A DNA stretch of 63,200 nt, filler included, from Dugesia japonica (Eukaryota), in NCBI GenBank assembly GCA_001938525.1. It is 5 parts of 5 records of this genome, joined end to end, with 100 filler letters (N's around TTAATTAATTAA, not from the genome) between each part and the next. Parts side by side here need not be neighbours in the genome. Positions count along the whole stretch, not along the records: positions 30,959 to 45,077 come from MQRL01641430.1; positions 45,178 to 54,009 come from MQRL01398640.1; 3 more parts are not named here. One strand, 5' to 3'. Shown here in pieces: positions 37,861 to 49,389 of this stretch (position 1 is its first letter; every line of letters starts with the position of its first letter). A program made the position numbers and the translations under genes. The notes below the pieces were generated by a model. The model did no database searches. It saw only the letters and a program-made list of their open reading frames with translations, and was not told the DNA's origin.

Positions 37861-38335
37861 AAGTTTCATATTAACCCTAAAGATTCCGTATAATTATTTA
37901 AAATGTAGACAATTCTAACCATAAAACACTTATAAAACCATAGAAAATCCTTAAAACTATATACACATAGACTTTGTTTTTCTGTGATATTAGATGTTCC
38001 CCCTTAGACAATATTATTATTAATGTTCCCCAAATAATATTAACATTATATGTCACCCAGGCAATATTAATGTTAGCGTTAATATCTTCCGGGTAATATT
38101 AATATTAATGGTAATGTTAACATACAAAGGTTTAAATTAATGGTGATGTTCTCTGAACAATATTAAAATCATGTAGTCTCCAGACACTGTAAGCACTTAT
38201 TGCTTTTCCATCGATCTTCACAGGTCTTCAAACTTTATTAATTTGCTTTCTTTTAATCTTCACTGGTCTCTATCCTTTTCTTACTTTCTTTATTCTACTT
38301 TTCACATGTTTTCTTTCACATTTATTAGGTTACTC

Positions 38336-39452
38336 GGTACTTTCCGGTTATCTTGACCTCATCAAAAATTTTATAATTTTGTTAAAATCTTTTTATTCCA
38401 AATCATACAATAAACAATAAAAACAAACAATAGAACAATCATTCTCCAATAGCAGGCGGCCAACGATTCTTCACCTCATCGAGAATACCATCGAACGAAT
38501 TCTCTTCGCCAATACTGCTTATCCACATGAACTCCGCCAATTAAGACTTTAGGAAAAGACGATCGGTGCTCTTGTGCTTCTAATTCCTCTACTTTGCAGA
38601 TCCCCACATGCTTTCCACGGTCTGAATGTGTGCGCTTGTCTCGACATCTACAAAATTGTAATGATGGTTGACTTTGAAGTGTTCAAATCCAACCCGCTCC
38701 AGTTCTTGTGTCTTGAAGGCCTTTCAGCTGTCTGAGTAGATGATGGTCTCCTCGGCAATGTTCTTTTTGATTGCAGTCAGCAGAGTAGGCGCACTTAAAT
38801 CTGGCACTTCAATGAGAAAGCATTCCTTGGTTTTGCGACATATTCCTCTGAAGTTTCATTATTGAGGCAGCACCTGACTTGCATTGTTCTTGCGCTTGGT
38901 GAAAAGTGACTCATCAATTTCCACGATCATCCTCTTACCGCAAATTTGTCCTTGATTCTTCCTAAGTAGAGTCTCCACGCATGCTTGCCTCAGATAATTA
39001 CTCTAGTCTGTTGTTGTGTTCTTGTTGATATCGAGCTTTCTCTTGCACAGCTTCCCAGATGTCATTTCCCAGACCCAGAGGTCGATGAAACGCGTGACAG
39101 TAACGAATGGAAGACGAGATTGAGCGAATCAGTTGCCGTTACGAATATTGATAGCAGGCTCTAAGTGTACAGCTCATGAGATGGTTATTCTTGCATCTTC
39201 GTTCATTTGATAGTAGACCACGATCTTGAAAGAATTTCACAGCTTTCTCCTCAGTAGTTGGGAGGCTCCAGAGATTCATCTTTCTTAAAATTAAAGAAGA
39301 AGAGTATTTTATTTAATATTTAATATATTTAATATAATATATTTAATTTTTTTAAGATTGATTTTGTTTAATTTTGAAAATTAATTTATCAATATCTTAA
39401 CATTAAAAAAATTATAAAATTTTTGATGAGGTCGAGATAACCGGAAAGTACC
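38336..39452 (-). mobile_element. Merlin (IS1595/ISXO2-like) DNA transposon with both TIRs, transposase decayed
   Basis: ~45-bp TIRs GGTACTTTCCGGTTATCT(T/C)GACCTCATCAAAAATTTT; minus-strand MNLWSLPTTEEKAV..., IVEIDESLFTKRK, IIYSDS, HFKVNHHYNFVD..AHIQTVESMW, LAEFMW. Confidence 0.92.
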
Positions 39453-42400
39453 ACACCATTTTATGATTAATAAATTTATTATTTTAGTTATAGATCATAA
39501 AGCTACTTATAAATAAACAACCTTTTACTAACTGTTATTGTAATTAAGTGTATCTAAAAATTTATTTATAGAAGATGTTCCATCAAAAGTATTTGACCAT
39601 AATTTAGTAGCTTCTCGGCTCTGAAAGTTTTTGGACGTATGGGCTACCTCAAAATACTTTTGTTGTTTTTTTACAGATTTTGAATGCTTTGAGTTTTATG
39701 TGGAGCATTAGCATTTATTTTGAAGTTTATTTTAGCTTCGGTTTTCGAGTTTCTCTTTTTTTGCCGAGGAGGTATAGGAATTTATATGAAATATGATAAA
39801 GACTGCTATTTTACTGTTGGGATAATCTTAAAAAGGCGTGTTTATTGATTATTATCTTCCAAAAGAGCCATGTCTTTATGACATCAATATTTAAACGTTT
39901 CATCAGATGATCCTTCATATTGGTAGTTGCGTAATTACCAATCTTAGCATTGATGACTCATTTGAATGCATGAATACTCAAGAACTTCAGAATTGACGAA
40001 AATCTTATGATTTGGTAGTGTTGGTCGATATTCTACTATTGGTTTATTCTATTGCTGGGTATCTTGTGCATGATGAATGACAGCCTGCTCCTTAGTCTTA
40101 ATTGCTTAATGAGAAGTTCTTGATTGCTAAAGTTTTACGGGATCAATTCAATGGAACAAAGTTAAATGTCTTTTATAAACAGGAACTCTAATTATCGTTT
40201 TGAGTTTGAGTTGTTACGAGAAGTGCACCTAAAACTGCACTTTGAAAAACTGCGGTGTTCAAACTATAACATGTTTTAAATTATTGGGAAAGTTAAAACA
40301 TGAGTGACAATAGATTAAATTTCAAAAGAGGTTTCTTTCTGTGCTTCAAAGAGAATTACACCAGATCTAATTATGTAAATATGCTATGGATATGCTGAAG
40401 ACACTTGGATACCAGTTTTTTTTACAAAGAATGAACAGTGGAACTGATATTAGATTTGTAATATTGAAGCAAATTTTGGGGAAAAAATTTAAAAAAAGGG
40501 AGGTTGACAAAAAAATTCAAAATAATATATATATATATATCCCAGTCAATCTTTTACCAGTTAAAATTCTTATATATTTTTTCAAAGTGAAAATTTCTTT
40601 CAATTCTTTTAATATTAGATATTTGCATTTTTTTGCATAGTCTGTGAAGTTTTTCCAAATTTTAAATGAAATTTTTAACGCAGTTGTTCCAAATGAGATA
40701 TATTGTCGAATAATCTACTTAAAATTCCTATTGATTGTAAAAGGGTTAGGTTCTCCTAATTCCAAGAACCAGCTGCTGTGATTAAAACAGCATCATGTGA
40801 GTACTTGCAGTTTTGTCTCGGTAGTTATTGTGCTTTCGTAATAATTTCTTTGTATTTTTTATTATTGTTTTCATCACATTCTCTGAAACCCATATCTGAT
40901 TCGAAAAACTGATTTAACATTAATTACAATATACAGTCCATTTCAAAAGTCTGTTCACATCCATTTAAATTACAAAAATTACAAAAAAGTCGTTTGAAAA
41001 GCCAATGGAAACGAAGAAACATTATTTTTACAAACGATAGTAAGTTTATTAATATTTTGTTGGGTATCCTTCCATCTTGATAATAGAAGACACTCTTTGT
41101 GGCATGGAATCAACGAGTCTGAGACATAAGGAATTTTATATATTATATCATTTATTTTATAACTCCGCCCACATTTCATCAGCATTCAGAGGTCCCAAGA
41201 CATTCATTTTGATCTTTATGAAATGCCACAAAAACTTCAAAAAAAATTAAAACAAAATTTAAAATTCACGTAAAATTTCACGATTATTTAAATCATAAAA
41301 ATAGTAAAATAAAAATAAATACATTTATAAATCAACACTTCTTTAAAGATGATTTTTCAACAATTCATGCTCACACATTTACACCCCAGAAAAATATAAA
41401 CCATCATTTTTCTTAATACCAAAATACTCTTTCCACTAAAAATAATTTCGACTCCAATTTTTTTCATTTAACTATACTTCTTACAAACACATAGTCTTTA
41501 TCCCGCCAAAAAACAATAATCCAACAAACCACACGAAAAACCTTACCATCACCTACATCAACACCTCGCCTTTCCTTTAACACCAAATCCAACAACCGCA
41601 CACAACATCATACCATTTTCAATAAAAATACGCGATAACTCATATTGTACAGTTCGCTCACAATTTGAGAACCCACAGGCACATTTTACACCATAGTTAT
41701 TTTAGGCAATGTATAAATCGATTTCAAGGGTCTAGTTAAATCCACACTCAATCCAAAATACAATAAACCCAACAAGCACAATTTGAATCAAATTTCGGTT
41801 TTTTAACACATCCTTACACATACAAACCATAGCTATGGAAACAACACCACAACATACCCACACACAATACTACACAATACCACCATTCACCAATACCACA
41901 ATACCTACATCTATTTACTGCCCGGTTGCGATTGTATTCGGAAAGGGTATTAGCAGTAAAAGGTGGCACAATTCCAATGCTTTAAAGAGAACTGAATAAC
42001 ACATTTCTGAGGTATTTGTGAATATAGAATTCAAAGTAGGAGATTAATCCTCATCAAATTAGAAACAAGAAATAAAAACCAAGACAGATTTGAAGGTCCA
42101 TATCATATAATTGATAAAAATCACGAAAGATAATATATTGCGAAAATGGAAATCGATTGGAAAGAAATGTAGAAAAACTTTAAAAATATCTTAAGAAAGA
42201 GGCTATAAAAATAAATTAAAAAGTTAAAAATTACTTCGGAAATTTTTTTAAATGTCTGTATAAAAGTTTTATAAAGATTTTAATGAAGATAAATTAATTG
42301 TTAAAAATATTTAACAATCAAAATTGGGTAAAATAAATTTTAATAGAATATTTTTTTTATATTTATTATTTTATTGTATTAAGTTATCTTTATATTTTGT

Positions 42401-42889
42401 TGAACAAATATGTCTGAAAATAATAGTTTTGATATGGAAAATAAATTGTCTTTGAACAATCTTCGTAACGATTAGTGTTCTCATAATTTTGCAACAAAAA
42501 TAGTTCTAGACGTAATTATATAATAGTAAAAAATAAAATAAAACTAAAAAAACAAAGGAAAAATTAACTATTGACAATTTACCGAGCCACCATCAATAAT
42601 TCTATTAGTCTTTACTAGGGTACATGGGTACTGTATATCCACTGTATATTCATTGTACATATACTCATAATGAAAAATATTCTGACTTACTTATCTCACA
42701 TAAATTACTTGGATCACTTAGTAAGTTTTAAATTACAACTTATTCATTTCATGTATATTATAGGCATCCAATCATATTTCAGGATATTATTACTCAGTTA
42801 GTTACTTGTATTTTAAACACACTAAACTTTATTTAGTTTGTGTATCTATTTAGCTGTAAAATAAATTAAAATAATATATTGCAGACACG

Positions 42890-43307
42890 GACAAAGTGTG
42901 GCCCTTTGCCAAATTTTTCGTGGCTCAACTATAATTTTTAAAGTTACTACTGAAATTTTGAAATTTTATCCCTCTTTGGTTGTTTCTTTATGCACGCAAA
43001 AAAATTTTTATTTTCTCTATTTTCTTTATTCAGGAAAATTAAATGCATGAATTTTGTTTCTTTTTATTTAATAATAATANNNNNNNNNNNNNNNNNNNNN
43101 NNNNNNNNNNNNNNNNNNNNNNNNNNNNNATTTAATAAATCTCAATAAAAATTAACAACTTAAAAGAAAAAATTTGGTTTTTTATATATTGGCTATAATA
43201 ATAATAAAATTAAATTCAGGTTCATGTTATATCGAAAACTTGTGGCTCAACAACATTTTTAAAATTTCGAAAATGGCTCCCCAAACATAAATCTCTGAGC
43301 ACCCCTG
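42890..43307. mobile_element. hAT (Buster/Charlie-like) MITE 3' end
   Basis: GTGGCCC/GTGGCTC subterminal repeats, ending in TGAGCACCCCTG (reverse complement CAGGGGTGCTCA). Confidence 0.55.
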
Positions 43308-43462
43308 ATTCATTGGATATATAGTGCATATATTTGGCCTAGTATTTTAAACAAATCAATCAATGACCAAAGTAAAATGTTACTTAAAATTTTTGAAAAT
43401 TAATAATGAATAAAATAAGTTCAAAAATTTATTGAGTAATTATTATTTAGAAACCGGTGAAA

Positions 43463-44182
43463 TTATTTCAATAATTTCTTTTTAAATGAACAAAGTGGTC
43501 TTATCACATACTTATTTCTTGTAGGTAAGTAGCTCATTATGGTTTGTAATTCGTCTGCACCAGGAAATTCATCTAATTTGAATCCATTCTTCAACAAAAT
43601 CTTACAATTAAAGATTCCTACTTTAGTTGGAGATTGAACTATTTCTACGTGTAATTTTAAAATATCTTCATTTGGTACTGTTGGTTTGAGAACAAAATAA
43701 AACCGATTGATAAGGTGATCACCCATAAAAATTAATTCATCAATTTCTCTTTCATTAGTTACACAATGGATATTATCCAAATTTGAACCGTAAGCATAGA
43801 AACTATGAAATGTATTTTTAATTTTGATATTTATCATAAATAGTTTCTTTTCATAAAATGGTGAATATTGACCCAATAAAAACGAATATCCTCTGATTTC
43901 TGAATTGATGGAATGAGTTTGCCCCAAACGAAAGTCATCAATGTANNNNNNNNNNNNNNNNNNNNNNNNNNNNNNNNNNNNNNNNNNNNNNNNNNNNAAC
44001 GATTTGTATGAAAATTTACAAAGAGGACAGGCATCTTTCTTGTCCAAAGTATCAATTACCAAACAGTCTAAATGTAATACATGTTTACAAGCATCTAAAT
44101 TTATTATTGCATGATTCGAATTTTTCTTTTCACACAGATGGCACATTTTATTGTCTTCAAACTTTTCATTATAAGAAATCAT
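43463..44182 (-). CDS. Intronless RING-H2 finger protein with an unrecognised C-terminal domain
   Basis: 239-aa ORF (spans an N run) with CHLC...ACKHVLHLDC...ACPLC, a C3H2C3 RING. Confidence 0.7.
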   Translation of the reverse strand: MISYNEKFEDNKMCHLCEKKNSNHAIINLDACKHVLHLDCLVIDTLDKKDACPLCKFSYKSXXXXXXXXXXXXXXXXXXYIDDFRLGQTHSINSEIRGYSFLLGQYSPFYEKKLFMINIKIKNTFHSFYAYGSNLDNIHCVTNEREIDELIFMGDHLINRFYFVLKPTVPNEDILKLHVEIVQSPTKVGIFNCKILLKNGFKLDEFPGADELQTIMSYLPTRNKYVIRPLCSFKKKLLK

Positions 44183-44413
44183 TTTAGATTAATGATTTTA
44201 TTTTTTAAAATTTTTTTATATGGTTTTTATTATGTAACTAATTAAGTTTTTCAGGAAAAATAATTAAATGTAATTTTCTAAAAGAATACTAAAATGCAAA
44301 ATAATTATTTGTTTCCTTAAAGTACTGTTGGGTTGAAACACCCAAAAAAANNNNNNNNNNNNNNNNNNNNNNNNNNNNNNNNNNNNNNNNNNNNNNNNNN
44401 NNNNNNNNNNNNN

Positions 44414-45000
44414 AAAAAAAGAATTAAGAAGAATCAGAATTTCAGCAAATTAATTTAGAAGTAATCAGGAATTAATTAAGAAAATAATAAAATAAATTAA
44501 GAAAATAATTAGAATAGAATAAACAAAGAAGTCTGATCAACTATAATTGAAGTATATTAAGAAATCAAATTAAATTTATTAAAATTAATAAAAAAAATAA
44601 AAAGAATAAAAAAATTATTAATTAATTAGTTCATAAAAACAAAAGTTAATTAATAAAGAAACAAGAAAAAATGAATAACTTTGTCCAGGATGGTTAGAAA
44701 ATGTTGGGACAAAAAAATTGATTAGAATTCGTCAAGAGGAGGTCGATTTTATTAATTTTAAAAATGAGAAATCTTCAGGAAAACCAGGAAAAGGTTACAA
44801 AGAATAGGAAAATAAGGGACCAGAAAAAAGACTTAGAACAAAGAATTAAAAACCATGTAGTTGCCTTAAATAACAATCAATAAAGAACAAAGACAAGTAC
44901 AAAAAATTTAAAATTAAAAGTCCAATCAAATGGCAAAGAACAAGTTTTAAAATAACCCACCAATCAGAAGAGAGCGCAATAAACCCCCCATGAAAATTAG
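44414..45000 (-). pseudogene. Possible mitochondrial-derived fragment (NUMT), nad2-like
   Basis: ~100 hydrophobic codons (44996 to ~44640) open only if three TGA read as Trp: ...GYFKTCSLPFDW...LYWLLFKATTW...KINKIDLLLTNSNQ; strong T skew on the coding strand. Confidence 0.4.
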
Positions 45001-45741
45001 AGTTTTTGTCAAATTTTTGAGAACTAATTTCTTGATCTTAGTTGAGACTTAACAAAAGTATTCTTTGGTTAAAAAACNNNNNNNNNNNNNNNNNNNNNNN
45101 NNNNNNNNNNNNNNNNNNNNNTTAATTAATTAANNNNNNNNNNNNNNNNNNNNNNNNNNNNNNNNNNNNNNNNNNNNTCAAGTGCAATATTAAAATATGT
45201 ATGTATAAAACTAAAACAACGATTTTTGACAATTTCTTTTACTGTTACTTCTTGTATGAAATTTCTTTTAAGACTCCCCAAGAAACTTTGCACCTGGCCT
45301 TATATATATATGTTATTGTTCATGAAAACGACAGACATAAATCTGAAATATTACTGCACAAAACTCCTTCACAGTCATATTTGACCAACAACCGAAAAAG
45401 GTTGTCGATATCTGGTCAAGATGAACAAAACATTGCATTCATTATTCGTGATAATATTTTTATATTCGCTGTCACTCACTTATACTAGACGACAGAGTAA
45501 TGCTCACCTTTCAGTGAAATATCACTGCTGAAGAATTTATCAAACCAGTTTCGACATTGTCGTTCTATCAAGGCTTCCTCCTCATATACATCACGTATCT
45601 ATTTGTAAGCCCGTGGTTCCTTTTTTCTTTTCCGGTAGTCACAATAAGATAATATTTTGTTTTAATATTTAGAAAGTGTTTTAGAATAATTGTTTTAAAA
45701 AAAGCATATATATATTTAATGAGTCAAGATGGTATTGTAAC

Positions 45742-45759
45742 TGGTGACCACGCCGAAAT
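45742..45759 (+). promoter_or_regulatory. Primer binding site, tRNA-Trp-like
   Basis: TGGTGACCACGCCGAAAT directly after the 5' LTR, overlapping its last T; resembles the tRNA-Trp complement TGGTGACCCCGACGTGAT with mismatches. Confidence 0.65.
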
Positions 45760-45960
45760 CATAGTTTTCACAAAAAGTCAGCAGCAGATGAAAATTGTAG
45801 AATAGTTGCCAAAGAATGTTCAAGAATTAATTTATCCCATAATAAAATAGTTTTTTGGCTACAAGAAAGAAAATGAAAAAGAGTAGCTACAATCAATTGA
45901 AGATTTGTAACCATAAACTTTTTTAATTTATGTGCAGCATTCGATCTATTTAAAAAATAA

Positions 45961-48900
45961 GCTTTATTTAACAATACAGCAGGATGATTAGTCCATGATT
46001 TAAGTCCGAGTCAGTATAGGCGAGTCCGTAACCTTAACACTTTTCTTTTAGCATCTAAATTTTTCAAGCAGCCAAGTTTTAATCAAACCCAGCTCAAACA
46101 TCAAGGAAGAAGAGTACTAACAATTGTGTTGTATCTGGTCTCGTTAATCATATGATCCAAAAAAATGCGATTACTAGTCTTGATGACTTTTTCTATAAGA
46201 GCCTGGCGATGTGTTTAATTTCTCTGTTGTTGAGTTCAATTGCTTTAAGAGCTCTTTGATTTGCTGGATATCGCGATCCCAGTAACGATAGCATCGAGTG
46301 TAACCTCTTTGTGGTACTTGGTTCCAAGATCTTTTCGAACTTGCTTATATTTTATTTTGTTGTCAATTCTAGCTTTCTTGACGTCCAAAATGTGAATCTT
46401 GTTGTTCCTATCACTAGTAATAAGCAGATCTGTCTCAGCTTGGTTTCAAGTCCTTGAAGTAGGCAGTCATACTGTACGTCAAAATTCATTTTTCTGAATA
46501 TTGAGGCCGTCTTTTACAGAATTCTGTTGTGTTTTTTGTCTGCAATCTTGGTGTAATCTTCAATGTTCTTAGATATGATTTTCTCAAGGTTGCATTTTTT
46601 CTTTTGACTAAAGAGTACACCTAAATAATTGTAGAGGTTCTCCTCGTCAATGATATGAAGTTTTTCTCCATAGATTCGGATTTCATTAGAGATAAATTGC
46701 CGGTTAGTAGTGAAGTATCCACATTTGCTGGGTCTGAATTTAAGTTGACAAATTTCGGAGAGAACAACTATATGATTTATCATGGAGGCACTCTTCCGCT
46801 GGTTATTTGTCATAAGCATGAGATCATCAGCATAGGCAAAGATAGCTGTATTAAATACAGAGTTTATAAACAGGAAATTTTGTTGCAGTATCCTTGATCA
46901 CAAAATTAATAGTAAGGCTGAATAGAGTCAGTGACATAGAACATCCTTGCTTTACACCTTTACGAATTGGAATATCACCAGTGTTGATATCGAGACATCT
47001 GTAGCTAGTATACGCATCAGTGTATAGATCTCTGAAAAGATGAATAGTATCATTGTGAAGACTCATTCTCTTCAGAGTATTCCATAGTAATTCATGCGGG
47101 GGACTTCTAAAAGCATCAGCAAGATCAAGCCAAGTTAGATAAAGATTTGGTTTTTCTTTTTCTGCTTTTTCCTTTATTATTTGGATAGTAGCGTTGTGTT
47201 GTGAGCAGCCATCGAAGACATTTACAGCATTCTGAGTAATTAAGAGAAAGCAGCTGTTCTTTATCCATTGGAGGAGACGGTAGTTCATTATAATGGCAAA
47301 GATTCTGTAGGAAGTGTCTAGAATAGCAATTGGCCTCCACGATTAAACAAGGTGCGAATCCTCTTCCTTTCCTGGTTTGAGTATAAGAGTAGTGTGAAAT
47401 CTTTTCCATTCGTTCAGGATATCATTTTGTTTAAGAACTTTGTTATTGAGTTCTTTAAGGAAACATTGACTGTTGTCTAGTTTGACCCAGTCTGAAAAGC
47501 TGATCTTGTCAAGGCCTGGCGAAAATTTGTTAGCACAGCTAAAAGCATATTCTATTTCTTGAGTAGAGATTTCGTTGTTAGTGTGGGAATCTTCTGAAGC
47601 AGGCAGTATATGATTTTTGAGCAGATTAAAGTCGAGATCCTTTGGTTTAATCTTGGTAAGATCTTTGACAATGTCTTCTTTAGTAGGACACGAATCAGGT
47701 GAGGAGGATCCAATGATTTCATTGAAATCCGATGATGGATTCTTCAGATATCTTGTTTGTAGTTTGTATTTTGATTCCACAAGGTTGTTTCTCATAAAGT
47801 GATAAGATTTCTTAGGATTTCTGTCTTTGATTTTGTTAGGTGAAACTTTGGCTAGTTCCTGTTGAATTAAAAGAAGAGATTCAGTAGTTGTGATTGAACC
47901 GTTAGCTAGCTTTTAACTGATTTGAGATATGTTGTCTCGGTTGTCTTCTTTGAGAAGTTTTTTGTTTATCGATTTAATGTGCTCGTATACTATCGTTTTG
48001 ATGTTTTTTCGGTATTCTTTAACATTTGGAACAGACAAGCAGTTGTTGTTTAGGATACATTTTGCATAATGCAGAATCAATATCTCACAGTCATTATCAT
48101 TGATCTGGAGTGGATGGCTGAACGAGGTTTCTGAGTTGATAGAAATGACATGATTGCTTAGTCATAGTTGTGATGCATCTGATTCAATCACTAAAACATT
48201 ATCACTTGATTGTAAAGGAGCATCATTATTTTTGTTTTTTTGCAAGAATCCATATGTTGGATTAAGTTTTCGAAGTTTGCACTATGACCACAATTGCAAA
48301 GGATGAGATTATCGGTATCCTTAATTTCTTTAATGAGATGTAGGTTGATATGTTCCTTGATATTGATGGTGTTTAGCGGACTGTTGAAGAGTAAACCACA
48401 GATTTTCCCATTTTTTGATGAGTATTTGCATTTAGCACTACCAGAAAAGCAGTCAACATCTAGCAGGTGAGGGTAATTTTTTCCTGAGCCGAGAAGAACC
48501 TTCCTTTTCTTGTTTCTAACTTGAATTTTAGAAGGGAGAGAGCTATCGAAGGTATCATCATAGAGTTTTAGATCTGATTAGTAGAAATTCCGTTTGGTTC
48601 CAAGAGTGGCAGGACAGATGTCACACTGGACAATGAACTCTTGATTAAGTTTTATTTTGTGGATCATTGAGCAGTGATCGTACAGATATTTGCTGTTGAT
48701 ATTTTTCTTTCCTACACTGCATTGTGCGGGATGAGTGCATTTAGTTCCTTTTCAATTTTGAGTCGATAGGCAATGAATTTGTTGGGGTAAGTATTGTCTA
48801 GAGTTTTGGTATCTTTGGATGTAGGCTTTCTAGCATTTTTAGGAGTACGTTTTTCTTCTGCAAGGTAGTCGTTCAATTGTAGTAGTTTTATTTACTTCGT

Positions 48901-49389
48901 CCGTAAATAGAATATTTTGAAGAACATCAGTAGTCAGATCACTTTTTTCATTGCATTCAGAGTCTGGAGATTGTCTGTTGATTTTTTTTGGATTGGAATG
49001 ATCCTCTAATCTTTCAACAAGAACCATGTGTACAATGTTTAAGACGTTGATAAGTTTTTTATGTTTGATATTGTTGACTGTGTATCTGAAGGCTTTTGAT
49101 CTTCATTATCTGTATCTTCATGCTCAGTGGCCGCGAAAATGGGACTATCTCCTCCGTGTATAGATCAGCATGGAGACACAGAAATTTTACTGAGTCCAGT
49201 GAAGAAACCGGTAGGTAGAAGGTCCGCATCTAGGTTAACTGATTCAGTGATTTTTGTAGATGACAACTTTGGAGAAGCAACTTTGGTGTGTGGAGGTAAA
49301 TCTAGATTATTTAGAGAAGAGTGTGGGGAATCATTTCTGTCCTTTTGAGATCTGTTGATAGAGATTGTGTTTGACCCATGGTTTTGCTT
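45961..49389 (-). mobile_element. NeSL-like RLE non-LTR retrotransposon nested antisense in the gypsy gag region (ends approximate)
   Basis: Zn-finger-like QCRKK..YLYDHCSMIH and QCDIC; Ulp1-like HPLQINDNDCEILILHYAK; RT SPGLDKI, WRPIAI, WLDLADAF, KGVKQGCSMS, FAYADDL, FRPSKC, YNYLGV; RLE HNRIL...ILDVKK...KYK. Confidence 0.85.

Noticed and set aside
39700-40480. Possible AP-endonuclease (LINE) remnant, GGIGIYMK at ~39768
   Set aside because: Only one short motif; no convincing GDFN or SDH motif and no RT.
45940-46080. Spliced-leader target or ribozyme at the 3' end of the NeSL-like element
   Set aside because: No nematode SL1-like sequence (GGTTTAATTACCCAAG) and no CUGANGA/GAAA core visible.
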